In this document: piece after piece, positions 52,578 through 64,000 of the stretch
How positions within the stretch are numbered: the first letter of the stretch is position 1
Layout of the letters: every line of letters begins with the position of its first letter
Assembly (NCBI GenBank): GCA_963745075.1
Contig: CAVUWV010000030.1
Location: forward strand, 30,647 to 94,646
Origin: Candidatus Hydrogenedentota bacterium
Lineage (GTDB): Bacteria; Hydrogenedentota; Hydrogenedentia; Hydrogenedentales; SLHB01
Direction of reading: 5' to 3'
DNA length: 64,000 nt
The notes under the pieces: model-generated
The model's input: the letters and a program-made list of their open reading frames with translations, nothing else
Told to the model about the DNA's origin: nothing
The model's database searches: none
Translations under genes and position numbers: made by a program

Positions 52578-54978
52578 CTATGCACGCTCCGGCTGTTCCG
52601 GTGACTTCGCAATCACAATGCTTGCAAGATACCCGATTAGGAAGGCCGTACAAAACCCGATGGCGCCGTGGAGGAAGAAATGGATGGGAGTGAATCGGTG
52701 GACCCAATACACGACTACCGCGCTCACGACCGCGCCGACGATTGCCCCTGCCCCGTTTCCGCGTTTTGTGAACACGCCCAGGGCCATGATGCCGGCAAGG
52801 CCGCCGCCCACGAGGCCGAGGATTTGCAGCCATTGGTCAAAGAGCGACGGCGCATCGAGTCGCGCGACGACCAAGGCGAGGCCGGTTCCGAAGACGCCGA
52901 AGAACAAGGTCAACCCCCGCGCGACGCGGAGGCCGTGTGGTTCGGTGATATTCGGACGAAAGCGGCGGTAGTAATCGGTCACGAGGACCGTCGACATGCT
53001 GTTGATGCTGCTGTCGAGGGAAGACATGGCCGCGGCGAACACGCCTGCGATGAGCAGCCCCGACAAGCCTTGCGGGAACTGCTCGGCCACGAACAGCGGC
53101 AGGATAGCGTCAGTCTTGAGCCGCGGATCGAGGAGGTCCGGATGGCTGCGGTAGAAGACCCATAGCGCGGTACCAATGCCAAAAAACAGAACGGAAATTG
53201 GAATGGTCAGCAGCGCGTTCGTCCAGACCGCTTTGGCAGCGTCTTTTTCGGTGGAAGTGCTCAGGTAGCGTTGCACGACGGTTTGGTCGGCGGTACTCGG
53301 GTAGGCCATACCGAAGGCGTTTCCGATAACGCAGACCCATACCGCAGTGGTGGTGGCGTCCCAAGTCCAATTGAAGGTGTGGAACTTGCCGGCTTCCCAT
53401 CCCGTCGAAACGATCCCGGAGAACCCTCCATCCACGTCCCATGCGATAACGGCTACCGCCGCGAGAGCCCCGGCCACAAGCACGAAGGACTGCAGCACAT
53501 CGGTCCAGATGACGGCCTCAATACCGCCCATCATGGTGTAGATCGTGGTCAACACGCCCATGACGAGGATGCACGCGTAAATGTTGAGTCCGGTTGCTGC
53601 GGACAGGGCGATGGCGGGCAGGAACAACACGATAGCCAGAACGTCCGATCTGGAAACTGAGGAATACAAGACTCCCGTAAACCCGAATGGGAAAGTTGAA
53701 ACGCGTTTCCAGGTATTCGTAGGCGGTGGTGATGGGGGCTTCACGGAATCGCGGGAGGTAGTAGCGCACCACAAACGGCGCCACGGCGAGAATGCCGAGG
53801 TTGCTGAGGATAAAGACCCAATCGGTCGCATACGCTTTGGCTGGGATGGCGAGATAGGTAATGGCGCTCAAGGACGTGCCGAAAATGCTCAGTCCTACGG
53901 CCCACCAGGGGACGCGGCGGCCGCCCAGGAAGAAATCCTCCGTGGTGCGTTCGCGGCGGGCGAAGTAGGCGCCCATCCCGACCAGGATACCGAAGTACAG
54001 GACGAGGGCGACGTAGTCCAGGATGGTGAAGGCGCCTTTCCGCGGGATCGGAGACCCAAAGTACACGCGGGTGACATGGTCACCTGGACAGACCAGGACC
54101 GGGTTGCCGTCTAGTACGGTTGCGGTTCTGGGCCCGCTGGCGGGGGGTGACATGCCGTAATGGGTCCACGTGTCGGTGATGGTGTCATAAGCGAGGACTT
54201 CATCACCAAAGAACAGGAGATGCGCCTGACCGTAGGGGATTGCGGGGCCGACCGCACGTCCTTCCGGTAGTGGCGCGATGAACGACCAGCCGGCTCCGGG
54301 CGTGTAACGGAAACAGTCCCGTAGAAATTCACCGTTCGCATCATGGCCGCCGCACACGTAGAGGTTTCCGCCGCTAGTCGCGACGGCAGCGTCGTATCGT
54401 GGCACGCCCGGCACCTGCTCCAACACCCGCCATCCCGATTCCTGCGCGTTCAGGCTGAGCGCCCATAATTGGTTCTGCGGACGCCCCTTCAATCGGCCCG
54501 ATACGCCGGAAACGTAGACCGTATCACCCAATAGTGCAGCGCCCGGACTCGACAACGGCTCGGGCAAGGCCGGCAAGGGTCCGATTTTGGCGGTGTCCGC
54601 GCCCTGGATCTCGATTTGCCACACGCTGTCCACGGAGGCGTCGGTCTGTCCTCCAATTCCAACGATACTATGCCCTGTCGAAAGGGTCGCCCCTCCCCAG
54701 ACGGCGACAGGCAAGGTCGCTGCCGGTTTCCACGCCGATGCGGTGGGGGGTAAGAGGTAGGCTTGCCCGTTTGCCAGAGGCCGGCCCTCGTGGACCGTCC
54801 GGCCTCCGGCTACGAGTAGAACGCCGTTATCGGATGCCAGAAATGGTTGAACCAGGTTCGCAGGAAGATTGGGCAGCGATTTCCAGTCGAAGAGACCATC
54901 GGACGGATTGGCGCGGGCAGAGGTCGCACCGAGCAGGAAGATGACGGCGCAGAAGGCAAGGGGTTTCGATCTCAACAC
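52578..54978 (-). CDS. Sodium:solute symporter (SiaT-like) fused to an N-terminal periplasmic Kelch/NanM-like propeller; frameshift near 53640
   Basis: Signal peptide, Kelch repeats (WKSLPNLP, LYVCGG, YDTITDTW); SSS motifs FFLGGRRVPWW, LSAITY, TAYEYLETRF, GGIEAVIWTDVLQ, DQTVVQRYL, AAAMSSLDSSINS. Confidence 0.88.
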
Positions 54979-55188
54979 TCGTTGTCCTCGTATTCCGTGC
55001 ACGAGATTCGGAGGCTGCATCAAGTACGGAGTCTGTGACCGGTCGTGGGCTAGGATATCGGTCCATCTCAGTGATTTGCAAGGAATTGCAGGGCATGAGA
55101 GGTGGTTGATTTCAGCGTGCGTTTGCGGGCATACTCTGGGCGGTGTCGCATACCGCGACAACGCAAATTGGCCGATCCACTGGACAAC

Positions 55189-55497
55189 TTGGAAAACCCA
55201 CAAATGAAGGGCTCGAACCGCGAGTTTCTCCGAAGCAAGGCGCATCCGCTCAAGCCGCTGGTATTCGTTGGAAAACAAGGGGTTACGGATAGTCTGCTCG
55301 TGGCGGTGAACGAAAATCTGACCGCACACGAGTTGATTAAAGTAAAGTTTAATGATCTCAAGGATCGGAAGCGGGCCATCGCAGAAGAAATTGCAGACCG
55401 TACCGAGAGTGAGCTGGTGGGCATCGTGGGCAACATCGCGACGTTTTACCGGCAGCATCCCGAGGAAGACAAGCGCCGAATTCATCCGCCCGGGTGA
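55189..55497 (+). CDS. yhbY: RNA-binding protein YhbY (CRM domain)
   Basis: FLRSKAHPLKP.VFVGKQG, HELIKVKF, VGNIATFYR; start is TTG 55189 or ATG 55204. Confidence 0.92.
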   Translation: MENPQMKGSNREFLRSKAHPLKPLVFVGKQGVTDSLLVAVNENLTAHELIKVKFNDLKDRKRAIAEEIADRTESELVGIVGNIATFYRQHPEEDKRRIHPPG

Positions 55498-55575
55498 GTT
55501 GGAACACATTGCGTTCCCGCTCGTGGAAGTGTAGAATATAGTTAGGCTTGCAAACATCATGGAGATAGCTGAGCA

Positions 55576-55821
55576 ATGACTGCAAAACGAATGATAGCGC
55601 TGGTGACACTGTGCGTCGTGGCGGTATTCCTTTTGTCGGCCTTCGCCCAGCCCGCGTACGCTCAGGCTGGCGATCGGAATCTTGCCGAAAAGAAAGGCAT
55701 CGCGGGCCTATTCCAGGGTAAAGGCGTCGAAGCAGGTGATCCGCGGTTGCCAACACCGTTTCAGAAATGGGCGGGCATCGGTTCGATCCTCGTCATGATC
55801 ATCGTGGTGAAATACCTCTAA
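55576..55821 (+). CDS. Small membrane protein (signal peptide plus C-terminal TM)
   Basis: RBS GGAG; signal ending PAYA; C-terminal WAGIGSILVMIIVVKYL. Confidence 0.75.
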   Translation: MTAKRMIALVTLCVVAVFLLSAFAQPAYAQAGDRNLAEKKGIAGLFQGKGVEAGDPRLPTPFQKWAGIGSILVMIIVVKYL

Positions 55822-55905
55822 GGGTCCCACCCCAACTTACCGCAACGACGCGGCTGCAATCAGGAGCCGCCCTTCGGGGCGCGAGGGGCCGCGGGGAAGA
55901 TTCTG

Positions 55906-57264
55906 GTGGAAAACACCATCCTTCTGCTAGACGATGAACCGGGCATCCTGGAAGTGATGCGAAAGCATCTCGCCACTCAGGGGTATGCGTGCACTGCGGA
56001 AACTTCGCCGAAGCAGGCGTTGGCGTTGCTGCGTCAGAAACGTTTCGCATTGCTCTTCACCGATTTGCGCATGCCGGAAATTGATGGCATGGAGGTGGTG
56101 CGCCAAGCCAAGGCCGGCGACGGAGACATGGCCGTCGTGGTCGTCACGGCGATTCAGGAAGTCAGTAACGCGATCGATGCCATGCGGGCCGGAGCCGACG
56201 ATTACATCGTCAAACCGTTCAACCTGAGCGAGGTTGGCACGGCGGCCGAGCGGGCGCTCGAAAAGCGAACCCAGAATATCGAGAAACGGCATCGTCAGGA
56301 GGATTTGGAGCACCGTCTTTCTGAGGCCACCGAGGATCTCGAACGGCTCAACGGGGAGTTGCGGAACACCAAGCAGTACCTGGAAAGCCTGATCGAGAGC
56401 ACCATTGACGGCATCATCACTACCGATACGGAGAACCGGATCGAATTCATCAACGAAGGCGCCCTTCGTGTACTGGGATACGCGCGGCAGGAGCTGTTGG
56501 GAAAGGCGGCATCGTTCATCTACGCCGGCGGCGACGAAGAGGTCGCGTTTATCCGGCGGAAGCTGGAGGAAAGCGTTGTCCTGAAGGATTACGAGACGGA
56601 GCTATTGCAAAAGTCGGGCGAAACGGTTCCGGTGAACGCGTCCATTTCACCGGTGTTCGATGCGAGCAAGCAGGTGCGCTCGATTTTGGCCGTGTGCAAG
56701 GATATTACGCGCCAAAAGGAACTGGAACACGAACTCAAGGAACTGTCGGTCAAGGACAGTCTGACCGGGCTGTACAATCAGCGATATTTTTACGACCGCC
56801 TGGCCCAGGAAATCGAGCGTGCGCAGCGTCAGAAGCATCCGTTGTCGATGCTGCTCTTCGATATCGACCAGTTCAAGTCGTACAACGACGGGAAGGGCCA
56901 CCTCGAGGGCGACCGCGTGTTGCAGACGGCGGGACAGGTCGTGATTCAGAGCACACGCGAGCATGTGGACCTCGGCTTCCGCTATGGAGGCGACGAATTT
57001 ACGGTGATCCTGCCGGAAGCCGGCGAAGAACAGGCGCTTCATATCGCCGAACGTATTCGGAAGGGGTTTCGTGAACGGGGTTTCGACGAACTCACGTTGA
57101 GTATCGGACTCATGACCTATCAGTCGGGTCTGAGCTTGAAATCGTTCATTCATCTGACCGATGCCGAGATGTATGAAGCGAAACGAGCGGGCGGAGACCG
57201 CGTCAGCGTGTACCGCCCGGAGCAACACCAGGCGTCCGCAGTAGAGGAAAGTCAAAACGCATGA
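55906..57264 (+). CDS. Diguanylate cyclase, REC-PAS-GGDEF
   Basis: LLLDDE, TDLRMP, KPF; PAS; DSLTGLYN, DIDQFKSYND, RYGGDEF. Confidence 0.95.
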   Translation: MENTILLLDDEPGILEVMRKHLATQGYACTAETSPKQALALLRQKRFALLFTDLRMPEIDGMEVVRQAKAGDGDMAVVVVTAIQEVSNAIDAMRAGADDYIVKPFNLSEVGTAAERALEKRTQNIEKRHRQEDLEHRLSEATEDLERLNGELRNTKQYLESLIESTIDGIITTDTENRIEFINEGALRVLGYARQELLGKAASFIYAGGDEEVAFIRRKLEESVVLKDYETELLQKSGETVPVNASISPVFDASKQVRSILAVCKDITRQKELEHELKELSVKDSLTGLYNQRYFYDRLAQEIERAQRQKHPLSMLLFDIDQFKSYNDGKGHLEGDRVLQTAGQVVIQSTREHVDLGFRYGGDEFTVILPEAGEEQALHIAERIRKGFRERGFDELTLSIGLMTYQSGLSLKSFIHLTDAEMYEAKRAGGDRVSVYRPEQHQASAVEESQNA

Positions 57265-58073
57265 AGTTTGGAATTTGCAGCGAGATTTTCAAGGAATGGG
57301 ACGACGTTGAACGGACGATCGATTACGTGAAGGAAGTCGGGTACGACGGCCTGGAAATCGCCCCCTTTACGTTATCGAAACACGTGACGGATATTTCGGA
57401 CCAGACCCGCAAGACCATTGTGAAGAAGGCCGAAGAGGCTGCCCTCGACATTCTTGGCATTCACTGGGTGCTGGTGGGCCCCGACGGGTTGCATCTGACC
57501 CATCCGGACAAGAGCGTGCGCGACCGCACCGCGCAGTACCTGATTGACTTGGCCCACTTCTGCGGCGACGTTGGCGGCAAGGTCATCATTTTCGGATCGC
57601 CGAAACAGCGTAACGTTATGGAAGGCGTGAACTACCAGCAAGCCTTCGACAACGCGGTAGCCGTGTTCGAGAAGGCACTACCCACCTGTGAAGAACGCGG
57701 CGTGACCATCTGCATGGAGCCCTTGGCCGCATCGGAAACCAACTTCTGCAAGTCCGCCGCCGAGACGGTAACGCTCATCGAGCGCATCGCCCATCCGAAC
57801 TTCCGCTTGCTGCTCGACACCAAAGCCATGACCGACGAACCCGAAGGTCGCCCCGCCACGATCCGCAAACACGCCAACCATCTCGCCCACTACCATGCCA
57901 ACGACGCCAATCTCGAAGGCCCCGGCTTCGGTGACGTTGAATTCGGGCCCATCTTCGAAGCGCTGAAAGACATCAACTACGAAGGCTACGTCTCCGTCGA
58001 AGTCTTCATCTTCGACCCCGGCCCCGAAGCCATCGCCACCAAAAGCCTGCGGTACATGAAGCAGTTTGTGTGA
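57261..58073 (+). CDS. Sugar phosphate isomerase/epimerase (D-psicose/D-tagatose 3-epimerase-like)
   Basis: ATGA overlap; GYDGLEIAPF, FGSPKQR, MEPL, LDTKAM, HYHAND, SVEVF. Confidence 0.88.
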   Translation: MKFGICSEIFKEWDDVERTIDYVKEVGYDGLEIAPFTLSKHVTDISDQTRKTIVKKAEEAALDILGIHWVLVGPDGLHLTHPDKSVRDRTAQYLIDLAHFCGDVGGKVIIFGSPKQRNVMEGVNYQQAFDNAVAVFEKALPTCEERGVTICMEPLAASETNFCKSAAETVTLIERIAHPNFRLLLDTKAMTDEPEGRPATIRKHANHLAHYHANDANLEGPGFGDVEFGPIFEALKDINYEGYVSVEVFIFDPGPEAIATKSLRYMKQFV

Positions 58074-58150
58074 GCGGAGGTTACGACCTGCACCCGTCGA
58101 CGAAAGTGGTAGAAAGTTGAAATGACCTAATTGCGTCGCGCATCTGAAGT

Positions 58151-61100
58151 CTACAACGGGTCGCATTCCAGCCTGCTCCACAATGTCTTTCTTCTCCTTA
58201 TCCGCAGCAAGCCGAGGAACATGGCGACGGCAAGTAAAATGCTAACGTTCGCCATCGCGCCCAACTGGACGCTGCGCCAACGACCAACTGAACTACGCCA
58301 CGATGGTTCACTTGAAATTCCACATAGGTTTGTCCATCAATCTCTACGATTCGACGGTTTCCGGGAACCATCCAATCAAAGACGTTTTCGCCGAGGTACC
58401 AGCCACGGTGATCCTCGGACTCGCTGAAGAATAGATTTCGAGGTCGTGTGGGTCGGACCCCGCCGGGAACCGGAATCTGCACGAACTGGCTCCGCGAATA
58501 CCTCATCCGGACCGATTCGATACAACGCTGAGACTACATCAGCATCAAGCGAAGCAACATGTGCGTCTGTCGATGGCTCTATTACGTGCAGATAAGGCTC
58601 CTTAGTTACGATCTTGCGGCCGCGTTTCCAATAGTGAACTGCATTGAAACCGGACCGACCTCTCGTCCTGAAACGGTTTGTGCACCGGCCGTCACTTCCA
58701 CGACATCTCCCGGCAACCACGGTGAGTTGGGCGTAAACACCACCCATCCGTCACGGTTGTCATCCAACTGCGTCGGCCACCACACGCCACCTTGTTCGGA
58801 CCTGTCGCTCCCCACGGCCACCGCCCAAACGGTCTCCGGTGCAATGGGTTCCACGCTTATAAGCCGGACAGCTAAATCGGAATCGAGGCCCGCCTCCCCA
58901 ATCGGTATGGCCGGCTCGTACGTGAGCGGGAAGTCGAACCCGATTTTGTGCTGCCCCGATGGCCGGAATCGGACGGACTCCAGTTCGCCGACACCGCAAT
59001 CGCTCCGTGCTTTGACCTGATAGTCGTGATAGTAGTAGTCAACGACCGTGGAAGAATTGCAGCCGCCCGTCGAAAACACGTCCGGCGCTTGTGCATTGAA
59101 GTCGTCGTAAACCGTTCCCGACTGCCAGGCACCAATGGCCGCGCCGTCTCTGAACACTACTCGTACCACTGCTACCGCTTACTGCATTCCACCATACACG
59201 CACTTTGTCGGGATAAGCGCCGTCGGACGCAGATATCCCAGTTGGTGGCGAAGGTGGACTGCACAACTGCGTGTACGTGCGCGTTAGGAGATAGGTTTGG
59301 CCGGAGCTTATCGTGACCACCTGGCTGCTGGGAGCGCTCCAACCTAGAATGCTCTCTGAATTGCACCGTGTGTTTTCCCGTAGTTAATCCCGTCACCGTA
59401 TATCCGCTCGTTCGTGCCAGATTTCCGCCATCGACACGCCATTGAGCCCCCGCCGCGACGGCATCGTTCGGGGAAATGGTCATTTTGAGCGAGCCCGTGG
59501 TCACGACGGCGGTGTAAATTCCGGTTTCTTGTGTGAGACCACCGGCCTGAATGGTTGCCGTCTTGTTCCCCGCGTGGTGTAGCCGGATACAGTGCTGAAC
59601 GAGATCGTATGCTGTCCAACGGTCAAGCCAGAGACCGTAGAACCGCTGTTTTGCCAACTGCCCCCGTCCACGCGCCATTGTGCGCCTGCAGCGATTGCGG
59701 CTTGCGGTTGTAAGACAACACGTAATGACCCGGTCGATACCGGCTTGGCGGTCTTGAGCAGTCGATACGCTCCCCCACCTTGGCTGTTGTCAAGCCAATA
59801 AACGTGGGTATCGTCAACCGTCAAAATCGACGATGTCTTCTCCCTGCAAACCCTGACCTTTAACAGGCCATCCCGCCATCTACCGGAATCGCGTAGATGC
59901 CATCAGGCGCGGAATAGTAAACGTCACTGCCATCCGACACGTAGCCGATTATTCCTTGTGACTGGATTAGCGTTACGGCAGTCCACCGGTCCTCAGGCAC
60001 GCGGAGGATATATCCAGTGCCGTTTGCGTAGAGGCTCGTGGAATCTACGAAAAGGGGCGTGTGGTCCGCCGCCGCTGGCAGCAACTGCGTTACCTGCTCA
60101 GTGCTACAATCGAACCTGCGCACTTGAGGTGGGTCGTAGTTGAGGAAATAGATGGCATCTTCATCGAACGTGACCGCCCGCACGTACTGATTATTTGGCC
60201 CTGCACCTTCCCACTGCCCGCCAGTCTTCGGAAGTCTTTGAACGTCGGGGGTCCCACTGCTGGTTGTAATAGGTATAGTCGCCGACGGTTGCCATATAGC
60301 TGCCGCCCCGGTCGCCTTCCGTATTCATGGACCGGATAACGTGCGGGATGCCGTCGGTCATATCGGCATAGAAAATACGCGTATCGCTGTAGCTCCCAAA
60401 ACCTCCTGTAAGATCATGGTGCCGTTGATTTGGTAGCGATGGACTCCGCTATCGGACCATGCGCCTTCCAAAACTGTTTGGACCACGCCACCGGACTTAG
60501 GCACGCGCCGGATTTTTCCGTCATTGTTCTCCACATCCGCGAAATACACGTAGTCGCCCGATTCCTTCAACAGCCACGGCGAACTCAGCCCGGTCGCCAG
60601 GACATCGTACTCTCCGGAACCTTGAGAATAAGTGCCGGAGGTGGGACGCTGTTTGGCCGGAAAGAGCAAAAGTTACCTCTTTGTTGGACGGCGTAGTCCA
60701 TCCAGGGATGTCCTTAAACTCTATTGATTGCAAACCCGTTGGAACATCGCTCTCCGTGTACCCGCTGTTTACTCCACGTCACCGTCCCCACGCGTCGCCA
60801 CTGGGCTCCGGACTCTCATTGTGCCTGGGCTAATTGTGACTTGAAGCGATCCCGTCAGTGTCGTGGAATTGAAATTGGCAGTTACAGTCCGGTCCGCATT
60901 CATCGTAACAGTTGCAAAACGGTATGCCGTTGCGTCGCCACTCCATGAACCGAACGTGTAACCGGAATCTGCGTTGGCAGTCAATTGTACCGCTGTTCCC
61001 GCCGCGTATTTGCCGTCCTGACCAGGTATTGGGTTAGAGGCAATCGTGCCGCCATTGGACGGATTGGACGATAGCGTCAGCACATAACGCGCCGGTGCGA

Positions 61101-64000
61101 AGGCGGCCGTCACGCTCTTGTCGCTGGTCATCGTAACTTGAGTGTCGTTGCTGGTTCCGGAGGTCGCCCCGCTCCAAGCCGTGAAGGTGTAACCTTGGTT
61201 GGCGGAGGCCCGCAGTGTGATGACCGTGCCAGCAGGGTACTTGCCGTCCTCGCCAGGTGCCGGGTCAACCGTGACCGTACCGCCAGCAGTTGGGTCTCGC
61301 GTTAGAGTTAGGCTGTACCGTTGCAGCCGCCGGTTTCGTTGCCCGAACCATATACTGCGCTTTCGTCGCGGCAGCTGTTGGGGCAAACGAAATCGAACCT
61401 ATCTGCCTCATGTCCGGCACGACGACGGTTCCAACGCTGTCCAGAAGCTCGAACTTTGCTCCATCGGCTTGGGCACCGGCAGAAGGCAGAGACCAGCTAA
61501 TCGTCACGGGATTAAGATTCGGTGACTCGCCAGGGAACAGGCTCTGTGAAAACACCGTCAGCGGCCAGACCACAGAGTCTCTATCCTGCTTGAAATCTGT
61601 GATAAAACGAAGGTTATTTGCCTCAACAAAGAAGACTGTCAGCTCACCGGGTAAGCTGAGCATGAAGCGGGCGTCGTTAGCATCTAGATGATCCGTTGCG
61701 GTCGACGCGATGCCGAACGTTAATGTTTGATCCTGTGGAGTACTACTACCAGCCGAAGCATCCTGATGCACCGAAATCTGCCCAGAGAGCGAACCCAAAG
61801 CTTTGGAAACCTGAGCCAAGGAGCCTAACCCAGGTCGCCCGTTACCCGGCACGCTTCCCTTGGCCACAATTTCAGCCACTTGGGATTTGCTGTTCGGTAC
61901 CAGTGTAATCGGGGCGGCGTCCGTCCATATCAAGTAACCGATGCCTGGACGTAGTGTTTCCGTAAACAGCTGAGTCGGGACAATCGTGCTTCCAGAGAAC
62001 GTGTAAGCGGTGCTTTCGACATGGCTATTCGCGCCGGGCGTCACAGCCGTGGCAACGCCTATGGCATTCGCTCCCACATTGTGCAGCACAACCGACTTAT
62101 CGGGCACAGCGTCTCCACTCACACGTTTCGTGAAACCGTGGTACGCGTAAAGGAAATAGCCGGTCTCTGTTTTCCAGCTAGGCAGGTGGCTTCACTAAAA
62201 GCTTTGTATTCGAGGAAGCCTTCTGTATTCAGGTAGAAAACGTACGGGAAAAGCACGTTGCTCGCAACATCCGAAAAGACATCGGAGAAGCGGTTGGTAC
62301 CGCCCAAGCCTCTGGGAATCACTGGGAAGGAAACCGTGTTCCAACCCGGTGAGAGGGATAAAGTCACACCAGAGGGTGTCTGCCCAAGTATCTCATCCGT
62401 CACGTCAACCGCACTGCTCGAGTTCCAGTCCCAACGATGAATCCTCTGGGACGCCTGTGCTTCGAAGAGAAGTGTGTAAAAGCCTCCGGAAAGGAGTTGC
62501 TGAGGCGTCGCCGTCAAGAACCAATCGTTATCTTGCTCCGGATATGGGACGATAGGATAGATGGTCGTTGGGAAACCGCTCAGGGATTGCGGATTCCCTA
62601 CAGACGAGACATTCGCAAAGAAGGCGTTTCCTGGAGCGGGAAGATTGCCGATATACTGCCAGACGGATTTTACATAAGCGTAAGCCGCTTCGCCTTCTCC
62701 GTTGTACCAAGCCACGGGATAATACCAGTTTTCAATCAGGTCTGGCCGGGTATCGAAAACGGAATCATACGGGCTAGAGGTGTCAAAAGCGTACTTTCCA
62801 AACTTGTACTTTAGGATTCCGCACCCTATCTTGAGGTTGTAAACCCAATCCGTTTTCACGCGTTCATGGTCGAAAGTAAACGGAGGATTGGTGATGTTTA
62901 ATTGCATAATACCTACGTCGCCCGTGCTACCAACTAGCGGATTGCCTGATTCGTCAAACTGCTTCCAGCCTGGGCTTTCTTTGGACATCACCGCCGCGAT
63001 AATTATGGCGGGTAACTGATACTGCTGAGCAAAGCTACGAATTTGGGCTGCTACTTCGGACGGTGCTGGATTGTCCGATGTCGGGACGCCTTCCTGAGTA
63101 ACCGTGACCGTCTTGGGGCTTGCCGACGCGCCCGCTGCGGTAATGGTTACCGTAGCTACCCGCGTCGCCCCCGTGTTCGCCGTAAAAAGGTAGAGCGTAA
63201 TCTGGCCCGGGGCACTTCCGCTTTCTCCTGTAGTGACGGAAAGCCACGCCTGCCCCGCGGTAACTTGGCTGCTGTAGGTGAGAGCACCGAATCCGCCATT
63301 TGAGACTGTAAAGTATGTGATGCCCTGGGACGCCGGCACTGACTGGGATTCAGGGGTTACGTTAAGGATGGGCTCGGAAACGGCCGTGGCCCAGAGGTAG
63401 GTATTGACGGCACCATGTCGAGAAGTATAGGGGTCTGTCCCTGGTCCGATCCATCCGTAGGGATCGACTCGGACCGTGTCCTTCTTGACCGTGAAGTGGA
63501 GGTGATTAGCAACTGAGGATACGGCCGAATAGTCACCACAGTAGCCTAGGTGCTGCCCTTGGCTAACCGTAGCACCATTCTGACAACGCGTTTGTATCAG
63601 CCGGGAGCATGTGAAGGTAGTACGTTGAGTATCCGCTGTCGTGATCAATTCTGATGGTGTTGTAATCGTCCCCCAGCTTGTAAAGCCTCCCTGCGGCTGC
63701 GGCGACGACTTCATAGTTGTGAGAGTAGGGGAAATCGTATCCAGTGTGGCCCTCATAATAGAGCACCGTATCCCCAGAATCGGGATCGGTGTAGTGATGG
63801 TTTACGGAGAAGACTTTCCCGTCAGCTTTCTTATACCCAAAGAGATCATAGTCACCATTATGAATATGCCAGCCGAAGTACTTGTCCGTTCCCTTTTCCC
63901 CATTGTAGGCGAGCACCCCCTGGCGGGCCATTTGGTGCCGTCATGATATGATCTAAAAACGGCGGAGAACTGAGCCGTCTCTGGAGTCAATCCCTTTATC
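58151..64000 (-). CDS. Very large multidomain surface protein (M23 peptidase, BACON, SLT transglycosylase, InlB-B-like repeats, propeller, FN3-like, C-terminal TM anchor); many frameshifts, 5' end probably outside the window
   Basis: M23 HTGYD and HLH; BACON WLSVT...VTVTQ; SLT KES...GIMQL...AWYNG; repeats GYTFTAWSG and GYTFGSWSGD; paired GAQWRVDGG; terminal ANVSILLAVAMFLGLLRIRRRK. Continuity across frames is inferred. Confidence 0.7.

Noticed and set aside
54979..55560. N-terminal extension of ORF 53518-55560
   Set aside because: Overlaps yhbY on the opposite strand; the RBS and signal peptide place the start at 54978
1..64000. tRNA, rRNA, prophage or defence genes
   Set aside because: No cloverleaf, rRNA signature, phage structural gene or recognisable defence domain was seen by manual reading

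Overview
GC-rich bacterial chromosomal window, probably Candidatus Hydrogenedentes or a similar PVC-like diderm. This is inferred from DUF1559 prepilin-like proteins with ...[18 protein letters not shown]...NHIPGG.N.LY.DGHV tails, an alginate-export-type porin and C-terminal TM-plus-basic anchors. It carries two tandem chemoreceptor paralogues, an ABC exporter, an ECF sigma operon, a type IV pilin, two two-component systems, rsgA, an apparently fused glyQS, maeB, yhbY, a REC-PAS-GGDEF protein and many secreted glycan-active enzymes (GH29, Asp-box/sialidase-like, SGNH, Kelch-SSS transporter). It ends in a large, frameshifted surface protein with M23, BACON and SLT domains. At least nine genes or gene remnants have single-base frameshifts, including essential glyQS, which points to long-read consensus errors. 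Main observations: (1) a self-contained sigma-54 module, in which a CHASE kinase and a REC-PAS-AAA+ activator lie between two DUF1559 prepilin-like genes, each with its own -24/-12 promoter; (2) a 35-aa leader-plus-amphipathic peptide ORF with a strong RBS that is missing from the ORF track; (3) a RAYT transposase framed by two inverted REP doublets with equal spacers; (4) an M23+SLT dual peptidoglycan-hydrolase surface protein; (5) an S1 protease whose usual N-terminal accessory domain appears at the C-terminus. No rRNA, tRNA or CRISPR array was seen.
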